The translations under genes and the position numbers were made by a program. From Gemmatimonadota bacterium (GTDB taxonomy: Bacteria; Gemmatimonadota; Gemmatimonadetes; Palauibacterales; Palauibacteraceae): 64,000 bases of DNA. Below the pieces are notes generated by a model. The model saw only the letters and a list, made by a program, of their open reading frames with translations, ran no database searches and was not told the origin of the DNA. Location of the stretch: contig OY762926.1 of NCBI GenBank assembly GCA_963666735.1, positions 2,976,001 to 3,040,000 of the forward strand, read 5' to 3'. Shown here one piece after another: positions 57,520-64,000 of this stretch. The number at the start of each line of letters is the position of its first letter. Within the stretch, counting starts at the first letter, position 1.

Positions 57520-58873
57520 CGAGGCTCTCCCTGCCCGAGAGCCGGGCGGCATCCGGGAGCGTGAACCAGACGGTGGTTCCGTGGCCGAGCACGCTCTCGA
57601 TGCCGATCCTGCCCCCGTGCGCCTCGACGAAGTGCTTCACGATCGAAAGTCCGAGGCCGGTTCCGCCCCGGGCGCGCGAACGCGCCGGATCGACGCGGTA
57701 GAAGCGTTCGAACACGCGTTCGACGTGTACGGACGCGATCCCCGGGCCGCGGTCGGAGACCTCCACTCGCTGGAAGCGTCCGACCGACCGGATCCGGACC
57801 CTGATGTCCGGGTCCTCATCGCTGTAGCGCGCCGCGTTGTCGAGGAGGTTCCGGATCACCTGGCGGATCGCATCGGGGTCCGCCCAGGCGGGCTGCTCCG
57901 TTCCCGACACGCGCAGTTCGAGGTCGGCGGCCCGAACCTTCGGCGACAGCGTCTCCCACGCCTCCCTCGCGAGGGCGCCCACCGAGACCGCCTCCGGCTC
58001 GGGGTTCCAGTTGCCGGACTCGATCAGGGAGAGGTCCAGAAGATCATCGACCAGATACCGCATGCGGGTCGCATTGGAAAAAATGCGCCGGGCAAAATCG
58101 CCCGCCTGGTCCGCTTCGAGTCCTCCCTCCGCCAGCGCCTCGGCGAAGCCCACCACGCTGGTGAGCGGGGTCTTGAGTTCGTGCGACACATTCGCCACGA
58201 AGTCCCGGCGGACGCCCTCGAGTCGCCGCATGACCGTAAGGTCGTGGAGCACGATGATCGCGCCCGACCGGTGGGGCCGGACCGACATCAGCACCGTGTT
58301 CTCGCCGAGTTCGACTTCAGCCGTCGTGGATTCGCCGCGCCGCGCCGCGTTCACCGCTTCGGCGATCCCGGGGGAGCGGAAGAGCGTGGCGACGCGAGCG
58401 CCGGGCGCCACCTCACGTCCGGCCCAGCGCTCGAAGGCGGGGTTGCAGAGGCTTACGAACCCTTCCCGATCGATGAACGCGAGTCCGTCCTCCAGCCCGT
58501 CGAAGAGCACCCTCAGGTCGCTGGACTCTCGTTCGGAGACCTCCACACGGTGGCGCACCTGCCCGGCCATGCGGTCGATCGCTCGACCCAGGGAACCGAC
58601 GGAACCGACGGAACCGGAACCGGTCGGGCCGATGGAGGGATCGAGGTCGCCGGAGGCGATGCGATCGACGGCTTCCCGCGCCTGTCCGAGCGCCGTCTCG
58701 ATTCTCCGGGCCACGAACCAGGAAGCCGGCCACAGCAGAAGCAGGATGCCTCCGAGCACGGCGGCTTCGATCGCCACGCCCGTCGCGTCGAGCCGGAGGG
58801 TGAACCGGGCGGCGAAGTACGCCACGACGAACACCGCGGCCGCGGCCAGAAAGAAGCGGGTGGCCAATCTCAC
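57506..58873 (-). CDS. phoR: Sensor histidine kinase, PhoR-like
   Basis: HAMP/PAS region, RRDFVANVSHELKTPLT, FERFYRVD..RSR..GGTGLGL; upstream of pstS. Confidence 0.88.
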   Translation of the reverse strand: MRLATRFFLAAAAVFVVAYFAARFTLRLDATGVAIEAAVLGGILLLLWPASWFVARRIETALGQAREAVDRIASGDLDPSIGPTGSGSVGSVGSLGRAIDRMAGQVRHRVEVSERESSDLRVLFDGLEDGLAFIDREGFVSLCNPAFERWAGREVAPGARVATLFRSPGIAEAVNAARRGESTTAEVELGENTVLMSVRPHRSGAIIVLHDLTVMRRLEGVRRDFVANVSHELKTPLTSVVGFAEALAEGGLEADQAGDFARRIFSNATRMRYLVDDLLDLSLIESGNWNPEPEAVSVGALAREAWETLSPKVRAADLELRVSGTEQPAWADPDAIRQVIRNLLDNAARYSDEDPDIRVRIRSVGRFQRVEVSDRGPGIASVHVERVFERFYRVDPARSRARGGTGLGLSIVKHFVEAHGGRIGIESVLGHGTTVWFTLPDAARLSGRESLDVPA

Positions 58874-58895
58874 CGAACGGGCTCCGCCGCGCGAA

Positions 58896-59591
58896 CTACT
58901 TGTCGAGCGCGCGGAATCGGTAGCCGATCCCCCGAACGGTCTCGATCAGGGGAGCGGCGTCCCCGAGCTTGGTCCGCAGCCGGGCGACGTGCATGTCGAC
59001 CGTGCGCGTTTCGATCGCGGCATTCGTGTCCCACACGGCCTGAAGCAGTTGGCGGCGGGTCTGCACGCGTCCACGCCTCTCGAGCAGCACTTCGAGCAGA
59101 CGGTACTCGAGGCGCGTCAGGTCGACCTCGACCCCGTCCGAGAAGGCCCGGTGCGCCTCCCGGTCCAGTTCGACCGGTCCCACGGCGATCCTCCTCGTCG
59201 TCGACACCGGTTCCGCCTTCGCCCGGCGGAGAAGCGCCTCGACGCGCAGCGTGAGTTCGCGCGCGCTGAAGGGCTTCGTGATGTAGTCGTCCGCGCCGAC
59301 CTCAAAGCCCTTGACACGTTCCTCCTCTTCCCGTCTCGCGGTGAGCAGGATGACCGGCATGGAACTCGTGCGCTCGGCGCGCCGCAGTCGCTGCAGCACC
59401 TCGTATCCGTCCATGCCCGGCAGCATGAGATCGAGGATGATGAGGTCCGGCTGCTCGGCCTCCGCCGTCGTCAGCGCGCCCGGTCCGTTTACGGCCGTGG
59501 TGACCCGGTATCCTTCCCGGCTCAGGTGATACACGAGCACGCTGAGGATATCCGGTTCGTCATCCACAACCAGGATCTGTGCGTCCGGCAT
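58896..59591 (-). CDS. phoB: OmpR-family response regulator, PhoB/PhoP-like
   Basis: ILVVDDE, LDLMLP, GADDYITKPF, RTVDMHV.RLR.KL and ETVRG.GY motifs. Confidence 0.88.
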   Translation of the reverse strand: MPDAQILVVDDEPDILSVLVYHLSREGYRVTTAVNGPGALTTAEAEQPDLIILDLMLPGMDGYEVLQRLRRAERTSSMPVILLTARREEEERVKGFEVGADDYITKPFSARELTLRVEALLRRAKAEPVSTTRRIAVGPVELDREAHRAFSDGVEVDLTRLEYRLLEVLLERRGRVQTRRQLLQAVWDTNAAIETRTVDMHVARLRTKLGDAAPLIETVRGIGYRFRALDK

Positions 59592-59697
59592 CGTCAACCA
59601 TCCGCGTCAGATGGGCTCAACCATGGAGGCGTCCGCCGCACGGACCCAATCCCCGCAGCATTCCGGACCCCATTCTGGACCCCGTCTGCAGACCGTA

Positions 59698-59824
59698 TCG
59701 TAACATATTCGTAACCATCTCGTGACCGACCGCCGGAGCGCGCCGCGTCCCAAGGCCTCGCGAGGCTTCCGGTCCGTCCAACTCGGTAACCCGGCGCGCT
59801 TCGCGCCGTGACGAACCTGTGACG
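59698..59824. promoter_or_regulatory. Pho-box-like 11-bp-periodic direct repeats in the phoB/TonB-receptor divergent promoter
   Basis: TCGTAAC (59698), TCGTAAC (59709) and TCGTGAC (59720); second set GTAAC (59786), GTGACG (59808) and GTGACG (59819). Confidence 0.65.
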
Positions 59825-59911
59825 TTTCCTTGTCCGGAGGCGTTACCGAACCCGCCTATCCTCCGCCCCGGTGGCAGATCCCTGCAGTGAACGCCCGGAG
59901 GATCCAGAGTC

Positions 59912-62761
59912 ATGAAACGAGTCATGAAACTCAAGCAGCGACAGCACAAGCCCCGGCTTCCGGCCGGTCTTGCCGTCCTTTCCGCTTGCCTCCTGCTCGG
60001 CCTGGCCGGTGCAGTTGCGGCGCAGGAGGCGGAACTCGGCAAGATATCGGGTCGAATCGTGGATGAAGAGACGGCGAGGCCGCTGAGCCTGGCGCAGATC
60101 TCCGTCCCCTCGTTGAACACCGGCACGCTGAGTGACGTCGATGGCCGCTGGACGCTGCAAGCCGTACCGGCCGGCACATACGACATCGTCGCCCGCCTCA
60201 TCGGTTACGCGAGCAAGACGATCACGGGCGTACGGGTCGTCTCGGGAGGGAACGCGACGATAGACATCTCGCTGCCGCCCCGGGCGATCGAGTTGAACGA
60301 GCTGACCGTGACGGTCGCGGACCAGCGCGGCACGGCCTCCGCCGTCCTCCAGAACAGGCGGACCGCGCCCGCGGTAACCGACGCGATCGGCCGCGAGCAG
60401 ATCGCGGACTCGCCGGACTCGGACGCGGCCGCGGCGCTGGCCCGGGTCCCCGGCGTCTCCATCGTCGACAAGAAGTTCGTGTTCGTGCGAGGCCTCGGAG
60501 AACGCTACGGGAACACGACGCTCGACGGCGCGGTCATGCCGTCCCCGATCGCGGACCGCAAGGCGGTTCCGCTCGACCTCGTCCCGGCCAGTTTCATCGA
60601 GAACGTCTCCACCTCGAAGAGCTACCTCCCCCGGCAGCCGGCCGACTACGCGGGCGGACTCGTCCAGATCGAGACGCGCAGGGTTCCGGGAGAGAGCTTC
60701 TTCAAGATCGGGTTCGGCACCGGCATGGAGACGGCGACGACCGGCAAGAGCGGCCTCGGCTACGCGGGCTCCGGCCTCGACTTCCTCGGCATCGACGACG
60801 GGCTGCGCGCCCTTCCCGACCTCCTGCCGGCCGACGCCCCCGTCAACCGGCGCAACTTCAACTCCGCCGAACTGGAGGCGATCGGCGAGGCGTTCGCGCC
60901 CGGCTGGGCGGGCACCCCGCGCGACCTCCCCTTCGGGCGCAGCGGCGAACTCGCTTTCGCGACCGAGATCCCGCTCGGCGCGAAGAACCTCGGCCTTCTC
61001 GCCGCGGCCCACTGGGACGATTCCTGGAACCGCCGCGAGGGCTATGTGGAGCGGGTGTTCGCTTCCTCGGGCCTCGCGGATCCCGAAGTCGACTACGGGG
61101 GCGACCAATCGGCGCGAGCCGTCACCCTCGGCGGCCTTCTGAACATGGACTACACGCTGGCGGCGAGTCACCGGATATCGTTCAACGGGCTCCTCAACCG
61201 GGTGACCGAAGACCAGTCCCGCATCCTCGAGGGCTTCAACCTCGACTCGAACACGAACCAGCGGAACACCCGAATCCAGTACGTCGAGAACTCCCTCGTC
61301 CAGGGGCGCCTGAGCGGGAGGCACTACTTCAGCGCCTTCGGCGACATGACGGCGGAGTGGAAGGCCGCGTACTCGCGCGCCGGCCGCTACGAGCCGAACA
61401 CACGCGAGGTTCTGTACCGCGAGTCCGGCGGCGTCTTCCTGTGGGACAACTTTATCCAGAGCGGCAGCATCTTCCATCAGGATCTGACCGAAGATGCGAT
61501 CAACCTCAACGTCGACATTCAGTTCCCGATCCGCGTGAACGGGCGGGCGGGGACGATCGAGGTCGGCGCCGCGAGGCTCACGCGTGACCGCGACGTGCTC
61601 AGCCGGCGCTTCCGGTTCATCCCCAACCGGTCGATCGCGAACGAAGTCAGGGCGTCGTCGCCCGACCGGATCTTCTCGCCGGACAACATCGGCCCGGGTC
61701 CGCGACAGTTCGAGATCCAGGAGGCGACCTTCCGCCCCGATAACTACGTTGCCGACCAGACCACGACCGGGGCCTACCTCATGGCCGACTTCGAACTCGT
61801 GCCGCGCCTCCGCTTCGCCGGCGGGGCCCGCATCGAGCGCAGCCGGCAGGTCGTCGAGCCGAAGGACGTCTTCACGCTGGGTGCCGAGCCGCTCACGGGC
61901 GCGGCACTCGACAACACCGACTTCGTCCCCGGCGCCACGCTCACCTGGGCGGCGAGCGACCGGGTCAACCTCCGGGCCGCCGCTTCACGCACGCTGGCGC
62001 GGCCCGAGTTCCGCGAGCTGGCGCCGTTCTCGTTCGCCGACTTCGCCGGCGGGTATCTCGTCGTCGGGAACCCGGTGCTCCAGCCCTCGCGGATCACGAA
62101 CTTCGATCTGCGCTGGGAGTGGTTCCCCCGCCCCGGCGCGGTTATCGCGGTGAGCGGCTTCTACAAGAATTTCAGGGATCCGATCGAGGAGGTCGTGTTC
62201 CCGAGCAGCGAGTTCATCAAGAGCTGGCTCAACGCCGGGACCGCGAACAACACCGGGACCGAATTCGAGCTGCGCTCCGACCTCGGCTTCCTCTCGGAGT
62301 CGTTCGAGAACTTCGCGCTCAACCTCAACCTCACGCTGGTCGATTCCGAGGTGGAGACGGGGAGCGTGGCCCAGATCTTCGTCCCCGGCTCGGGACCGCT
62401 CGAGATCGACGTGGTGGGGCAGAAGCGCCGCCTCCAGGGCCAGTCGCCCTACGTCGTCAACGCGGGCGCGAACTGGGTCAGCCCGTCCGGCCGGACCTCG
62501 GTCTCCCTCCTCTTCAACCGCTTCGGGCGCCGGATAAGTCAGGTCGGCACCCAGTTCCTCGAGAGCGTATTCGAGGAAGGCCGGAACCAGTTCGACCTCG
62601 TCGTCGAACAGGGGATCGGGTCGAAGATCTCGGCCAAGCTCAGCGCCACGAACCTCTTCGCCGCCGACTACCGCTTCACGCAGGCCGGCGATCTCCTTCG
62701 CGGCTGGCAGCCCGGCAGGGCCTTCTCTCTCGGCATGACCTGGCAGCCGGTCGACCGCTGA
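59912..62761 (+). CDS. TonB-dependent receptor with N-terminal carboxypeptidase-regulatory-like domain
   Basis: Signal peptide; FVFVRGLGERY, VPLDL.P, SRTLARPEFRELAPF and GN..L motifs. Confidence 0.92.
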   Translation: MKRVMKLKQRQHKPRLPAGLAVLSACLLLGLAGAVAAQEAELGKISGRIVDEETARPLSLAQISVPSLNTGTLSDVDGRWTLQAVPAGTYDIVARLIGYASKTITGVRVVSGGNATIDISLPPRAIELNELTVTVADQRGTASAVLQNRRTAPAVTDAIGREQIADSPDSDAAAALARVPGVSIVDKKFVFVRGLGERYGNTTLDGAVMPSPIADRKAVPLDLVPASFIENVSTSKSYLPRQPADYAGGLVQIETRRVPGESFFKIGFGTGMETATTGKSGLGYAGSGLDFLGIDDGLRALPDLLPADAPVNRRNFNSAELEAIGEAFAPGWAGTPRDLPFGRSGELAFATEIPLGAKNLGLLAAAHWDDSWNRREGYVERVFASSGLADPEVDYGGDQSARAVTLGGLLNMDYTLAASHRISFNGLLNRVTEDQSRILEGFNLDSNTNQRNTRIQYVENSLVQGRLSGRHYFSAFGDMTAEWKAAYSRAGRYEPNTREVLYRESGGVFLWDNFIQSGSIFHQDLTEDAINLNVDIQFPIRVNGRAGTIEVGAARLTRDRDVLSRRFRFIPNRSIANEVRASSPDRIFSPDNIGPGPRQFEIQEATFRPDNYVADQTTTGAYLMADFELVPRLRFAGGARIERSRQVVEPKDVFTLGAEPLTGAALDNTDFVPGATLTWAASDRVNLRAAASRTLARPEFRELAPFSFADFAGGYLVVGNPVLQPSRITNFDLRWEWFPRPGAVIAVSGFYKNFRDPIEEVVFPSSEFIKSWLNAGTANNTGTEFELRSDLGFLSESFENFALNLNLTLVDSEVETGSVAQIFVPGSGPLEIDVVGQKRRLQGQSPYVVNAGANWVSPSGRTSVSLLFNRFGRRISQVGTQFLESVFEEGRNQFDLVVEQGIGSKISAKLSATNLFAADYRFTQAGDLLRGWQPGRAFSLGMTWQPVDR

Positions 62762-62875
62762 CGAACGATCCGTGCCGCCGCTCCCTCACGGGCGGCGGCT
62801 CTTCCGGCCTGCGACTCACGCTCCGGTCGCGGGGGGACTCCAGACAGGCGACGGAGCGTTGAGGAGAAACACACG

Positions 62876-64000
62876 ATGAATCCGGTACGACGCAACCGGC
62901 GGGTCGGACTGTTTCTGACCGGGCTGCTCCTGAGTGGCTTCCATGTGGCGTGCGGGGGCGAGGAAGATCCCGTCTCGCCTCCGCCTCCTCCTCCACCGCC
63001 GCCGCCGCCCCCCGTGGCGCCGCCGCCGCCTCCACCGCCGCCGACCACGGCGACGCTGTCGGGGACGATCGACCAGTCGATCGAACTGGATCCGAGCCTC
63101 ACCTACTTCATCCAGGGGACGACGGTCATCGAGGACGGCGCGACGGTCACGATCCCGGCCGGGACGGTGCTCAGGGGCGACGTCGACTTCACCGGTTCGG
63201 CGCTCATCGTCCGTCAGGGCGGCCGGCTCGTCGCCGAGGGCACGGCGGAAGAGCCGATCGTGTTCACGAGTTCGAACGATGAGGGCTCGCGCCGCCGCGG
63301 CGACTGGGGCGGGGTCGTCCTCAACGGCCGTTCGAACTGTAACTTCCCGGCGGATGAGTGCGTCGGCGAGGGCAACTCGGGTCCGTACGGCGGCAACATG
63401 CCCGACGACGACAGCGGCGTGCTGCGCTACGTCCGCATCGAGTACGGCGGCTATGAAGTCAGCTTCGGAAACGAACTGAACGGCCTCACGCTCAACGGGG
63501 TCGGCTCGGGCACGCAGCTCGAGTACGTCCAGTCGCACTTCGGCTCGGACGACGGGATCGAGTTCTTCGGCGGCACCGTGGACCTCAAGTACGCCTACGT
63601 CACCGGCGCATCGGACGACTCGTTCGACTACTCGACGGGCTGGCAGGGCCGCGGGCAGTTCTGGGCGGCGCAGCAGGATCCCGATGACGCGGACAACGGC
63701 TTCGAGATCGATGGAAACGAGGAGAACTTCGACGCCATGCCGCTGACCGATCCGACGATCTACAACGTCACGCTGGTCGGGAAGGAGGCGGGGACCGGTT
63801 CCGCGGGCGAGAGCACGCGGGGGATCATCTTCCGTCGCGGCACCGACGGGACGGTGTACAACGCCGTGATCCTCGGCTTCGAGAAGGGCTTCGACGTCGA
63901 CCAGTCGGAGACGGTCGGCCGAGTCGAGATCCGGAACAGCTACCTCTACGGCCAGCAGGAAAGGATGTTCGAGGGCGATGACGACGGGATCGACGAGGAA
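62876..64000 (+). CDS. Surface lipoprotein with polyproline linker and predicted beta-helix domain (runs off the window; absent from the ORF track)
   Basis: GAGGAG RBS; MNPVRRNRRVGLFLTGLLLSGFHVAC lipobox; P12-VA-P8; G.L.AEGTAEEPIVFTS, GDWGGVVLNG, LRYVRIEYGG and DDGIEFFGGTV. Confidence 0.88.
   Translation, partial: MNPVRRNRRVGLFLTGLLLSGFHVACGGEEDPVSPPPPPPPPPPPPVAPPPPPPPPTTATLSGTIDQSIELDPSLTYFIQGTTVIEDGATVTIPAGTVLRGDVDFTGSALIVRQGGRLVAEGTAEEPIVFTSSNDEGSRRRGDWGGVVLNGRSNCNFPADECVGEGNSGPYGGNMPDDDSGVLRYVRIEYGGYEVSFGNELNGLTLNGVGSGTQLEYVQSHFGSDDGIEFFGGTVDLKYAYVTGASDDSFDYSTGWQGRGQFWAAQQDPDDADNGFEIDGNEENFDAMPLTDPTIYNVTLVGKEAGTGSAGESTRGIIFRRGTDGTVYNAVILGFEKGFDVDQSETVGRVEIRNSYLYGQQERMFEGDDDGIDEE

Overview
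High-GC bacterial chromosomal window; gene content and synteny suggest Gemmatimonadota (inference, not checked). Bases 1-~9050 are a decaying defence/mobile island downstream of a tRNA-Ile(GAT) locus. It holds a lower-GC three-gene CBASS operon (patatin effector broken by one in-frame TGA, CD-NTase, E2/SEC-C protein), two apparently complete IS elements (IS3, IS1182-like), relics of IS481, IS5, IS21 and ISL3, and orphan gene fragments. The most unusual feature is the tRNA-Ile locus (9094-9764), which has three copies: one intact tRNA, one full-length tRNA with a 66-nt double-hairpin insert in its T-loop, and one 3'-half fragment with a 68-nt variant of the same insert. All differences between the two inserts preserve base pairing on the tRNA strand. 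The rest (9.8-64 kb) is core genome: phoD, dnaE, accA, ricT, metG, fadJ-like, proS, glnS-YqeY, a divergent paaA/D/B/C-like diiron cluster, pruA, glycosyltransferases, and a phosphate block (ppx, ppk1, phoU, pstSCAB, phoBR) facing a TonB receptor and a beta-helix lipoprotein across Pho-box-like repeats. All calls come from reading the sequence; no database searches were run.
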